Assembly: GCA_046726415.1 (NCBI GenBank)
Contig: JBKPAK010000106.1
Span: 1 to 19,477 of the forward strand
Length of the DNA stretch: 19,477 nucleotides
Reading direction: 5' to 3'
From: Candidatus Methylomirabilota bacterium
Lineage (GTDB): Bacteria > Methylomirabilota > Methylomirabilia > Rokubacteriales > CSP1-6
The notes beneath the pieces were generated by a model. The model made no database searches. It was not told where the DNA came from and saw only the letters and a list, made by a program, of their open reading frames with translations. Both the position numbers and the translations under genes were made by a program. Shown piece after piece: positions 1 to 7,767 of the stretch; positions within the stretch are counted from its first letter, which is position 1, and the number at the start of each line of letters is the position of its first letter.

Positions 1-118
1 GATAACCGACGTTTGGCAGCACGGCATTGAGGCCAGCAATGAGATCCCGCTCGCGTTTGACGAGCGCTTGTCGTGCAGCGCGCAGCGCCTGGAGAGACTT
101 GACGATGTCGGCGGCCAC
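1..118 (-). CDS. Small helical hypothetical protein, 5' part only (runs off the window start)
   Basis: Not in the ORF track. GTG at 118 with GGGAG RBS just upstream. Reads VAADIVKSLQALRAARQALVKRERDLIAGLNAVLPNVGY with no stop, and a near-consensus promoter lies upstream. Confidence 0.6.
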   Translation of the reverse strand, partial: MAADIVKSLQALRAARQALVKRERDLIAGLNAVLPNVGY

Positions 119-157
119 TCGTGTGTCTCCCTTCGGCGGGAAGGGTCGAGCGCCCAC

Positions 158-186
158 AGTCTACTTTGGATGGCGGAGACTGGCAA
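158..186 (-). promoter_or_regulatory. Sigma70-type promoter TTGCCA-N17-TAGACT for the gene at 1-118
   Basis: Minus strand reads TTGCCA gtctccgccatccaaag TAGACT (-35 at 186-181, -10 at 163-158, 17-nt spacer). Confidence 0.65.
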
Positions 187-287
187 ACGGACGCCGAGCA
201 TACACGGCGCCCGCATCGGTATGGGCCGGCCCGAGACCACCACTGAGACGACTATTTACCCCTTCCCTGCCCGTACGGCTAAATCGT

Positions 288-791
288 CTACGCGACTATG
301 CACGGCAACGGGAGCGACATCACTGACCCTTCGGCGTCACGCCTTCGCGCGGGCGCGAGATCCACGTATCGCGCGTCTTCCGCGGCCCGTCGAGCCCAGG
401 GACGTTCCGGGCGTCGGTCGGACGCGGATCGCCACCTAGGTGAGCGCGGAGCGGACACGCCGATCGCGCCCACGCAGTCACCCTGGTACATGATCGGCAC
501 GCCGCCCTGGATCGGCAGGTTCTCCGGGAACTTGAGAAAAACCGGGCGATCCTTCACGAGGTCCTCCCACATCTTCGTCGGACGCCGGGTGACCACGGCC
601 GTGCGCGCTTTGCTGGCCGCGACTTCGGCGGTCATGGGCCCGGCGCCGTCCAGACGCTCGAGGTGCATGAGGTAGCCGGCGTCGTCCACGACGGCGATGG
701 TGACGCTCCACTTGTTCTTCGCGGCTTCATCCCGGCACGCGGCCATCATCTTGTGCACGTCGGCAGCGGTGAGGGCAGGCTTGCTGCGCAT
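288..791 (-). pseudogene. glcG: GlcG/HbpS-family heme-binding protein; native C-terminal helix missing and replaced by an unrelated tail after ~453
   Basis: GGAGGAG RBS; motifs VTIAVVDDAG, LERLDGA, KARTA and GGVPI...VGAIGVS. Family-like sequence stops at GVS (453) and is followed by about 54 aa of low-complexity sequence. Confidence 0.75.
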
Positions 792-850
792 GGGTTCTCC
801 TCCGTGTTCTCGTGAGATCGGATGCGCCGGCGCATCGGTCCGGACGATCG

Positions 851-883
851 GTCATGCTATCGCGACTCGCCGGGACCGCGCGC
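851..883. repeat. 33-bp direct repeat, copy 1 (glcG upstream segment with TAGCAT -10-like hexamer on the minus strand)
   Basis: gtcatgctatcgcgactcgccgggaccgcgcgc; 32/33 identical to 4135-4167. Confidence 0.9.
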
Positions 884-894
884 GAGGGCCTTCC

Positions 895-1653
895 TCAGCC
901 CCGGGCGCCGGCCGCCGCGCGGTCCATCAGATCCTTGGCGCCGGCCTGGATCCAGGGAAAGAAGCTGGTCATCACCGCGCGCACGCCGATCCGCGTGTAC
1001 CGCTCGACGGTACCCGTGTTGACGAGCGTTCCCGCCACGCGGCCGGACCGGACGATCTTGCTCAACGCCGTGTCGATGGTCTGTTGGACCTCCGGGTGGC
1101 CCATGTTGCCGATCTGACCCATCGAGGTCGCGAGATCACTCGGGGCAACGAAGAAGATGTCGATGTGGTCGACCTTGAGGATCTCATCCAGGTTGCGGAC
1201 CGCCACGATATCCTCGATGAGCACGATCAGCAGGCTCTGGTCGTTGGCGCTCTGGAAGTAGTCGCCCACGCCGAAGCCCTGGCGGCTGGTAAACATGCCG
1301 CGCTTGCCGAGTGGCGCGAACTTTCCGGCCTCAACCAGCGCCTCGGCCTCGGCCCGGGTATTGACGTGCGGCACCACGATGCCCTGCGCACCACGGTCGA
1401 GGGTGCGGTAGATCGTGGCGTAGTCGTTGCCCATCACCCTGACGATCGAGGTCATCCCCCAGAGGTCGCACGCCCGGGTCAGGTTGCCGAGATCCGCGTA
1501 GTCGACACCTCCATGCTCGCCCTCCAGCCAGATGCCATCGGCGCCAAGCGGGCCGAGCTGATCGATCAGATCCGGGTCGTTGGTGCCGGCCAGAATGGTC
1601 GCCACCTCGCCAGCGGCGAGTTTCTGCTTCACGCGGTTTGGTCGAATGTTCAT
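895..1653 (-). CDS. HpcH/HpaI aldolase/citrate lyase family protein
   Basis: ATG at 1653 with GAGGAG RBS; NRVKQKLAAG, IWLEGEHG, LDRGAQGIVVPHV, PLGKRG, VLIED and FFVAPSDL motifs. Confidence 0.9.
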   Translation of the reverse strand: MNIRPNRVKQKLAAGEVATILAGTNDPDLIDQLGPLGADGIWLEGEHGGVDYADLGNLTRACDLWGMTSIVRVMGNDYATIYRTLDRGAQGIVVPHVNTRAEAEALVEAGKFAPLGKRGMFTSRQGFGVGDYFQSANDQSLLIVLIEDIVAVRNLDEILKVDHIDIFFVAPSDLATSMGQIGNMGHPEVQQTIDTALSKIVRSGRVAGTLVNTGTVERYTRIGVRAVMTSFFPWIQAGAKDLMDRAAAGARG

Positions 1654-1702
1654 GCGGTTCTCCTCGCTGGTCCGGGGCATTCCACCCGCCCGGAGCGGGC
1701 CG

Positions 1703-1711
1703 AGTCTAGCA
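1703..1711 (-). promoter_or_regulatory. Extended -10 element (TGcTAGACT) upstream of the aldolase
   Basis: Minus strand TGCTAGACT about 50 nt upstream of the ATG. A TTGACA at 1745-1750 on the plus strand may serve the divergent operon. Confidence 0.4.
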
Positions 1712-1814
1712 TGCGCGCCCCAGAGCCCTCGGAGCGGAGGGGCCTTGACAGGGTCGCCGGCGGACAGGATCGTGGTTTGCAGCTGCTGGCCACCCTGGAG
1801 AAGGGAGATGACCC

Positions 1815-2006
1815 ATGGATTTCCTCGCGACCACCGAGGCGGCGATCGCCGCCTGGCACGGCATCACCGCTCCGAACGATGCGGCCCGCCGTCTGGCCGC
1901 AGACCTCGCCTCCACCGTCGCCGCCTTCGAGGCGGTGCGCGGAACGCTGCGCTTCGAGGACGAGCCGTCAAGCTTCGAGGCGGTACTCCAAGAGGTCAAG
2001 GAATGA
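1815..2006 (+). CDS. 63-aa protein translationally coupled to the amidase (possible AtzG/GatC-like partner)
   Basis: GGGAG RBS; helical Ala-rich sequence ending LRFEDEPSSFEAVL; ATGA overlap with the amidase start. Confidence 0.75.
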   Translation: MDFLATTEAAIAAWHGITAPNDAARRLAADLASTVAAFEAVRGTLRFEDEPSSFEAVLQEVKE

Positions 2007-3424
2007 TCGCCCTCGCTGATCTCAGCCTGGTGGAAGCCGCGGACGCGGTCGAGCGGCGAGAGGTCAGCTCCGCCGCATTGCTGGAGGCCTGTCTCGCCCG
2101 TCTCGACGCGGTGAACAAGACTCTCAACGCGACCATCTGGGTCGATCGCGATCGAGCGCGCCTGGCCGCCGCGGCGGCTGACGCGGCGCTCGCCGCGGGC
2201 AGACCCGCCGGCCGTCTGCACGGAATCCCGCTTGCCCACAAAGACATGTACTATCAGGCGGGCTTGCCGTGCACGTGCGGCTCGGCCATTCGGCGCGACT
2301 TCGTGCCGGATATCACCTGTACCGCAGTGCAACGCCTGTCGGATGCGGGCGCCTACAGCTTCGCCGGGCTGAACATGGCGGAATTCGCCCAGAACCCTAC
2401 CGGCCACAACCGCGCCTTCGGGGACTGCCACAACCCCTGGAAGCCGCCCTACATCACCGGCGGTTCCTCCTCGGGCTCGGGGGCCGCCGTCGCATCGGGC
2501 GTGACCTACGCCTCACTCGGCTCGGACACCGGCGGCTCGATCCGCCTGCCCGCGTCGGCCTGCGGCGTGACCGGCATCAAACCCACGCAGACCCGCGTGT
2601 CGCGGTATGGCGTCATGCCGCTCTCCTTCTCCGCCGACAATGTCGGTCCGCTCGCCCGCAGCGCGCGGGACTGTGCCCGTATCCTCGCGGTGATCGCGGG
2701 TGCCGACCCGAAGGATCCCACCAGCGCGCGCGAGCCCGTGCCCGACTACGAGGTAGCGCTGACCGGCGATCTGCGCGGCGTACGCATCGGGGTACCGACC
2801 AATGCGTTCACCGACATCGCCGAGCCGCCGGTGATCGCCGCACTGGAATTGGCTCTGAAGGTGCTGGAAGGTCGCGGCGCCACGATCGTGCGCCTGGAGC
2901 TGCCGCTGATGAAGGCGATCTCCGCCTATGTCGCGGTCATCTCGCGCGCAGAAGGGGCAGCCATCCACGGCCAGTGGATGCGCGAGCGCGCCGCCGACTA
3001 CGCCGTGCACCTCTCCGCTCGGCTCTATGGCGCCTACGCCATCCCGGCCGCCTACTACGTGGAGGCCCTGGCGTGCCGCGGCCCCATTCTCAAGACCTTC
3101 GCCTCCGAGGTGTTCGGCAAGGTCGACCTGTTGGCGACGCCCACCATTCCCACGCGCCTTCCCACGCTCGCCGAGACTGACATCGACCACGGCCCGCCGG
3201 GTACCGAGCAGAAATTCATGGCGGTCTCCGTGAACACCAGACCGTTCAACTATCTCGGCCTGCCCGCGGCGAGCGCGCCCTGCGGCTTCGATCCCAACGG
3301 CCTGCCCATCGGTCTGCAGATCGCAGGGCGCCCCTTTGCCGAGGCCCGGGTTCTCAAGGCGGTCGACGCCTACCAGCGCGATACCGACTGGCACCGTCGC
3401 CGACCGCCCATGGTACCAGCGTGA
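2003..3424 (+). CDS. Amidase-signature family enzyme
   Basis: True start ATG at 2003 (ATGA overlap). Lys-Ser-Ser triad motifs AHKDMY, GGSSSGS and GSDTGGSIRLPA; C-terminal GLPIGLQIAG. Confidence 0.93.
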   Translation: MIALADLSLVEAADAVERREVSSAALLEACLARLDAVNKTLNATIWVDRDRARLAAAAADAALAAGRPAGRLHGIPLAHKDMYYQAGLPCTCGSAIRRDFVPDITCTAVQRLSDAGAYSFAGLNMAEFAQNPTGHNRAFGDCHNPWKPPYITGGSSSGSGAAVASGVTYASLGSDTGGSIRLPASACGVTGIKPTQTRVSRYGVMPLSFSADNVGPLARSARDCARILAVIAGADPKDPTSAREPVPDYEVALTGDLRGVRIGVPTNAFTDIAEPPVIAALELALKVLEGRGATIVRLELPLMKAISAYVAVISRAEGAAIHGQWMRERAADYAVHLSARLYGAYAIPAAYYVEALACRGPILKTFASEVFGKVDLLATPTIPTRLPTLAETDIDHGPPGTEQKFMAVSVNTRPFNYLGLPAASAPCGFDPNGLPIGLQIAGRPFAEARVLKAVDAYQRDTDWHRRRPPMVPA

Positions 3425-3568
3425 GCGTGCCGAGGTCGCTTTCATCGGCACCGGGCGGCACCAGTGAAGCGGCCCGGTCGGGTACACATTGGGCTGAAGA
3501 GCGGCGCGATGACGAGCGCCGGAATGAACGAGAGGGCGGTGGAGGCGTTCCGGCTCGGGGCGGGGCAA

Positions 3569-3631
3569 GGACATGCGTCCGAGGCGGCGGAGAAGGTCGA
3601 GGATCTGATCGAGCACATCATAAAATTCCAT
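3569..3631 (-). pseudogene. N-terminal remnant of a large adenylate/guanylate cyclase-AAA protein
   Basis: MEFYDVLDQILDLLRRLGRMS resembles, from recall, the MDFYEVLDQVxxLLRxRGRVSY N-terminus of cyclase/AAA proteins; similarity ends after about 21 codons. Confidence 0.45.
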
Positions 3632-3685
3632 GCGCTGGACCTCTGCCCTTATCAGTCCTTCATTGCGACGCCGAGAGCGAATCGG

Positions 3686-4023
3686 TCAGATCGGCCATCC
3701 GTGCTCGGCGATATCGACCCGGTTGCCCTCCGGGTCGCGTATCCAGCTCTCCGCCACGGCTCCGAAGGTGTTCGACTCCGCGGTCGTGTCGGCGGCGTCC
3801 ACGATGGCCTGGACGTTTTCCACTTCGAAGCCGAAGTGATTGATGCCCACGGGATATCCGTCCGGTGGATCAGGGCGATGCCCACGAAGCCATCGGACAG
3901 GTAGATCGTGCCGTTGGGCCCACGGTACTTTTCCTCCACGCCGAAGATCTTCTTGTAGTACTCGGCGACCTGATCGCGGTCCTGGACGTTCAGGGCAATG
4001 TGCCGGATCCTCGGCTTCGTCAT
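3686..4023 (-). pseudogene. VOC/glyoxalase family protein with a 1-nt frameshift at ~3846-3848
   Basis: GGGAGGT RBS and ATG at 4023. One frame gives IRHIALNV...YYKKIFG...LSDG...TDIPW, another gives GINHFGFEV...IRDPEGNRVDI. One extra G in the GGG run joins them. Confidence 0.85.
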
Positions 4024-4036
4024 GGCCACCTCCCTC

Positions 4037-4125
4037 GCCGAGCGCGGCGACGCCGGCGTTGGCGATCTGCTCGTTCGGATGAGACTGAACTCCCATCGTC
4101 CACGACGGCGATGGTGGTGTTCCAC
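4037..4125 (-). pseudogene. glcG: Internally deleted second glcG remnant (N-terminal WxxTIAVVDD fused to C-terminal GVQSHPNEQIANAGVAALG)
   Basis: 4096-4116 is identical over 21 bp to 682-702 inside glcG; 4093-4037 encodes the typical GlcG terminal helix. Confidence 0.75.
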
Positions 4126-4134
4126 GGGGGCGCA

Positions 4135-4167
4135 GTCATGCTATCGCGACTCGCCGGGGCCGCGCGC
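4135..4167. repeat. 33-bp direct repeat, copy 2
   Basis: gtcatgctatcgcgactcgccggggccgcgcgc; 32/33 identical to 851-883. Confidence 0.9.
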
Positions 4168-4202
4168 CCGGTCCATCCGCCGCGTGCCGGCTCTATGGCC
4201 CG

Positions 4203-4955
4203 TCACTCCATGAGCGCGCCGCCGTCGACGTTGAAGCTCTCACCATAGACGAAGCTGGCGGCGTCAGAGAGCAGGAACAGGACGGCGCTGGCAATCTCCT
4301 CCGGGCGGCCGAAGCGGCCCAGCGGGACCCGGCTGGCGACCATCGCGCGTTGCTCGGCGGTCAGCGGCGCGTGCATCGGCGTGTCGCAGGGACCGGGGTT
4401 GATGCAGTTGATGCGAATCCCGCGGCTGACCACGGCTCGCGCGAAGCCCTTGGTCATCGTGACGACCGCGCCCTTGGAGGCGGCGTACGGGATGTTGGCG
4501 ATCCGCCCGCCACCGAGCTTGTAACTGTCCGAGCCAATCGTCACGATCCGTCCCTGGCCGCGCGGGAGCATCCGGCGCAGAGCGGCCTGGACGGTGAAGA
4601 AGGTGCCCTTCGCGTTGACCGCGAAGACCCGATCCCACTCTTCGGAGGTCACCTCGAGCAGCGGCAAAGTGGTGATGATGCCGGCGCAGGTGACCAGGCC
4701 GTCAATCTGGCCGAACTCGCGTTCGGCCAGCTCCAAGACCGCGTCGATCTCCGGCAGCCTGGTCACGTCGGCGCGCAGGTGGCGGACCTCGCCTTTCAGT
4801 TCGCCCGCCGTGGTGGCCAGCCGATCGCCGTCGAAGTCCGCCAGCACCAGCCGCGCGCCCTCCCGGCTGGCTGCCTGCGCGACGGCCCGCCCCATGCCGG
4901 AGGCGGCCCCGGTGATGACGATGACGTGGTCGCGAAGGTTCAGGAAGTCGGACAC
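4203..4955 (-). CDS. SDR family NAD(P)-dependent oxidoreductase
   Basis: GTG at 4955 with GAGGTG RBS; TGAASGMG, YAASK, NPGPCDT and NVDGG motifs. Confidence 0.92.
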   Translation of the reverse strand: MSDFLNLRDHVIVITGAASGMGRAVAQAASREGARLVLADFDGDRLATTAGELKGEVRHLRADVTRLPEIDAVLELAEREFGQIDGLVTCAGIITTLPLLEVTSEEWDRVFAVNAKGTFFTVQAALRRMLPRGQGRIVTIGSDSYKLGGGRIANIPYAASKGAVVTMTKGFARAVVSRGIRINCINPGPCDTPMHAPLTAEQRAMVASRVPLGRFGRPEEIASAVLFLLSDAASFVYGESFNVDGGALME

Positions 4956-5137
4956 TGGGGTCACCTCACCTCTCGATGGTATCGGAAAGGTTTCACCTGT
5001 GCTTCGTTCCCGAGTTTGACCAGACGCCCCCGGTGTGTTCTGCCGGCGCCATGGGAGAGGGCTGCTCGGGGGGCCCGCTCCCAGCCTGCGACCCGCATGG
5101 TAGGCTCCCGCGCCCCCCACGCCCGGGGGGCGTGCGC

Positions 5138-5174
5138 TTGAATCGGAGGCACTAGATGCAATAGCATCTAGTGC
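5138..5174 (+). promoter_or_regulatory. vapBC promoter (TTGAAT-N18-TAGCAT) overlapped by a perfect 11-bp inverted repeat operator
   Basis: GCACTAGATGC-aata-GCATCTAGTGC at 5149-5174, ending at the base before the ATG; -35 at 5138-5143, -10 at 5162-5167. Confidence 0.75.
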
Positions 5175-5414
5175 ATGCGCACCACTCTCGACATCGACGA
5201 CGACGTGTTGCGGGCCGCCCGGGAGCTCGCCCGACGCGAGAAGAAGACCGCCGGCCGCGTGATCTCCGAGCTTGCCCGCAAGGCCCTGGCCACATCCCCG
5301 GTGGGCCTCACCAAGGAAGCGAAGGCGCTGCACGGCTTTCGCCCGTTTCCAAGGCGCGGGGGGATCGTGACCAACGACTTGATCGACCGATTGCGAGAAG
5401 AAGACGCGTATTGA
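5175..5414 (+). CDS. vapB: Type II antitoxin, VapB/CopG ribbon-helix-helix type
   Basis: MRTTLDIDDDVLRAARELAR...GRVISELARKAL; TGATG overlap with the PIN toxin. Confidence 0.88.
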   Translation: MRTTLDIDDDVLRAARELARREKKTAGRVISELARKALATSPVGLTKEAKALHGFRPFPRRGGIVTNDLIDRLREEDAY

Positions 5415-5842
5415 TGCGGGCGCTGCTGGACATCAACGTCCTGATCGCGCTGCTCGACCCGGATCATTCGCTGCACCAGCGGGCATGGGAATGGTTCAGC
5501 CGACATGCTCCGAGCGGCTGGACGTCGTGCCCCATCACCCAGAACGGGTGCGTGCGCATCATGTCGCACCCGGGCTACCCGAACGCGTTGCCAGTTCGCC
5601 CCGTCCTCGAGCGACTGCGCGAGGCGACGCGGAGCCCCTATCACGAATTTTGGACAGACGACGTCAGCCTGCTGGAGCCACGAATCGCCGATCCGAGTCG
5701 CATCCACGGACCACGGCAGCTGACCGACCTCTACCTGCTCGCGCTTGCCGTCAGCCGAGGCGGACGGTTCGTCACCTTCGACGGCTCGGTGCCCGTGAGC
5801 GCCATCAAGGGGGCCGAGAGGAGACACATCGTGGCGCTGTAG
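5414..5842 (+). CDS. vapC: Type II toxin VapC, PIN-domain ribonuclease
   Basis: ATG at 5414; LLDINVLIALLD, CPITQNG, QLTDLYLLALA and FVTFD PIN motifs. Confidence 0.92.
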   Translation: MRALLDINVLIALLDPDHSLHQRAWEWFSRHAPSGWTSCPITQNGCVRIMSHPGYPNALPVRPVLERLREATRSPYHEFWTDDVSLLEPRIADPSRIHGPRQLTDLYLLALAVSRGGRFVTFDGSVPVSAIKGAERRHIVAL

Positions 5843-5876
5843 TCTGGCCGTGACGGCCTGAGAAGAGAGGCTCTCG

Positions 5877-6629
5877 ATGCGGTGCGGTGGGACGGTGGTG
5901 CTGGTCACGGGTGGGCAGCAAGGGATCGGGCGGGCCATGGCCCTCGCGCTCGCGCGCGAAGGAGCCGACGTCGTGCTGAACTACCTCGATGATCCGAACG
6001 CCGCGGCGAGCGTCGCCAAGCAGATCCGCGAGGCCGGGCGCCGGTGCCTTCCCGTGCAGGGCGACGTCTCCCGCGCCAGCGACGTGGCCGCGCTCGTCGA
6101 TGCGGCGGAGCGCGAGGTGGGCCCGGTCGACACCCTGATCAACAACGCTGGCATTTTTCCCCGCTCACCGTTCCTCGACGTCGCCGAGGCCGAATGGGAC
6201 CGCGTACACGGCGTGAACCTCAAGGGCAGCTTCCTCACCGCGCAGGCCGTGGCGCGCCGGCTCGTCGCCCGGGGCGCGCCAGGCTCGATCGTCAATCTCG
6301 CCTCATCTGCGGCCTACCGGAGCAGCCCGCGAGGCACGCATTACGTCGCTAGCAAGGCGGGCGTGGTCGGGCTCACGCGGGCGATGGCGCTGGAGCTGGC
6401 GCCGCACGGGATCCGCGTCAACGCCATTGCGCCCGGCCTCACCGACACGGCCCAGCCTCGCGACGGCCACAGCGAGGCCGAGGTGCAGGCCATGGCGCGC
6501 CAGGTGCCCCTGGGTCGCATGGGCCAGCCCGACGACGTAGCGGCCGTGGCCGTCTTCCTGGCGTCGGCGGACGCGCGTCACATCACCGGGCAGGTGATCC
6601 ATGTCAACGGCGGGGCGTATCTAGGGTAG
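5877..6629 (+). CDS. SDR family oxidoreductase (FabG/glucose dehydrogenase-like)
   Basis: TGGQQGIG, NNAG, YVASK, NAIAPG and VNGG motifs. Confidence 0.92.
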   Translation: MRCGGTVVLVTGGQQGIGRAMALALAREGADVVLNYLDDPNAAASVAKQIREAGRRCLPVQGDVSRASDVAALVDAAEREVGPVDTLINNAGIFPRSPFLDVAEAEWDRVHGVNLKGSFLTAQAVARRLVARGAPGSIVNLASSAAYRSSPRGTHYVASKAGVVGLTRAMALELAPHGIRVNAIAPGLTDTAQPRDGHSEAEVQAMARQVPLGRMGQPDDVAAVAVFLASADARHITGQVIHVNGGAYLG

Positions 6630-6659
6630 GTGGGGGCCCGATAGGGCGCCTTTATGTTG

Positions 6660-6689
6660 GAAGGTCTCGCGACAGCGCGCGAAGAACTC
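6660..6689. repeat. 30-bp intergenic copy of the deacetylase coding segment 8194-8223
   Basis: gaaggtctcgcgacagcgcgcgaagaactc versus gaaagtctcgcgacagcgcgcgaagaactc; 29/30 identical, same orientation. Confidence 0.88.
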
Positions 6690-6785
6690 GGGTTCGCGCG
6701 GCGGCCGGGCCTTGCGTGGCCGTTGTCAGACGCCTGAGAATTGGATCAAGTTAAAATTCTTGGAGGTCCGCAGGAGGTGAGCATC

Positions 6786-6815
6786 ATGCGCTTCGAGCGA
6801 ATCACGGTCGAGGCC
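6786..6815 (+). pseudogene. 5' remnant of a DUF433-type antitoxin
   Basis: AGGAGGTG RBS, then MRFERITVE, like the DUF433 N-terminus; TAAAAT at 6752-6757 upstream. It collides head-on with the LLM remnant. Confidence 0.5.
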
Positions 6816-7165
6816 AACTGCTCGGCCAGCAGGAGCGGGTGGTAGAACGGGACGAGCAGGACCACGCCGACGGGCATGGTCCCAGTCACGCTCATCGGCC
6901 GCGCGACGGTGGGCAATGGGGAAAACGTGGCCGCGTAGGCAGGGCTAGCGGCATGGCCGTCGCCGGTCAGGCGCGCGTCCAGCCCCGCGGGGCGGGCCGC
7001 GGCCGCCACCTCCATCAGGTTGCGGGCCTGCTCGACCAGCGATTACGCGCCCATCGGCCGCTCGATGAACGCCCCTTTCGGTATGAACTCGAGCAGGTTA
7101 CGGAAGCGCTCGCGCGCGGCCGGGAACGTGGGAAACACGAAGCGAACGGACGTGCCGAGCTTCAC
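6812..7165 (-). pseudogene. LLM-class flavin-dependent oxidoreductase, 5' fragment with an internal stop
   Basis: GTG at 7165 (GTGA overlap with the upstream gene); in-frame TAA at 7045-7043; AGLD..GDGH and LLVPFYHPLLLAEQLA motifs; truncated at ~6812. Confidence 0.75.
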
Positions 7166-7767
7166 GGGCGCGCTGGTGAGACCGGGCGAGCGCGCCGGTA
7201 CCAGTCGATGATCTCGGCGCCGGTGGCCGCCCACACCCCCTGCCGGCCCACGATGCAGCGCAGCGCGGCGTCCAGGGAGCCGATGCGGAACGGCTGCCCG
7301 ATCAGCCACGGGTGAAGATGTAGCACCAGCAGTCGGCCGGTCGTCGCCCCCTCGCGATAGAGCGTCTCGAAGGTGTCCCCGATCATCCGGCCGTACTGGT
7401 CGAGATCGATCCGCCGGTCCCAGAGGGCATTGACGTCGTCCAGCGGCAACGTGACGGGCAAGGCGTGCAGTTCCCCCCGGGGGACCTTCAACGGATAGGG
7501 CTGCTCGTCGTTGACCAAGTCGCAGACGTAGCGGATCCCGGCCTCCGCCAGGAGCCCCGGCGTCCGCGTGGATTCGCCCGACTCGGGCCCGAGCCAGCCG
7601 GCGGGGGCCTTCCCGGTGGCGCGGGTCAGCCGCTGCACGGAGGTCTGAATGTAGTCCTGCTCCTCCTCTTCCGACATCCGGCTGGTGATCATCCGGCTGA
7701 CCGAGATGCCATGGGCGATGATCTCGGCGCCCCGGCCCAGACAGTGGCGCACCAGGAACGGATAGTG
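7162..7767 (-). pseudogene. Polysaccharide deacetylase (PuuE-like) paralogue lacking its N-terminal third
   Basis: EIIAHG, PAGWLGP, YVCDLVNDEQPY and LHLHPWLIGQPFR motifs. Begins in frame immediately after the TAG of the upstream paralogue, with no RBS. Confidence 0.8.

Noticed and set aside
1580-2002. 141-aa N-terminal extension of the amidase ORF
   Set aside because: Overlaps the aldolase start, the promoters and the 63-aa gene; the ATGA-coupled start at 2003 fits the family length.
697-2019. 440-aa plus-strand ORF and many other long Arg/Ala/Pro-rich ORFs (e.g. 2269-3180, 7465-8436, 10889-11794, 12902-13822, 17165-18232, 18354-19085)
   Set aside because: Shadow or alternate frames of recognisable genes in high-GC DNA; no family motifs.
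2003-3424. Calling the amidase gatA or atzE
   Set aside because: No gatB or other atz genes in the window; the motifs support only amidase-signature family level.
3464-3570. Plus-strand peptide GRVHIGLKSGAMTSAGMNERAVEAFRLG as a gene fragment
   Set aside because: Looks protein-like, but I cannot assign a family or a start signal.
453-4167. Integrative element with att sites or a composite transposon
   Set aside because: No integrase or transposase, no terminal inverted repeats and no common core at the two glcG breakpoints; retained only as a rearrangement hypothesis.
5040-5137. GC-rich hairpin-forming stretch as a riboswitch or ncRNA
   Set aside because: No recognisable conserved aptamer motif; stems are expected by chance at this GC content.
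4956-5333. N-terminal extension of the minus-strand SDR
   Set aside because: Runs antisense through vapB and its promoter; the RBS and fold start point to GTG at 4955.
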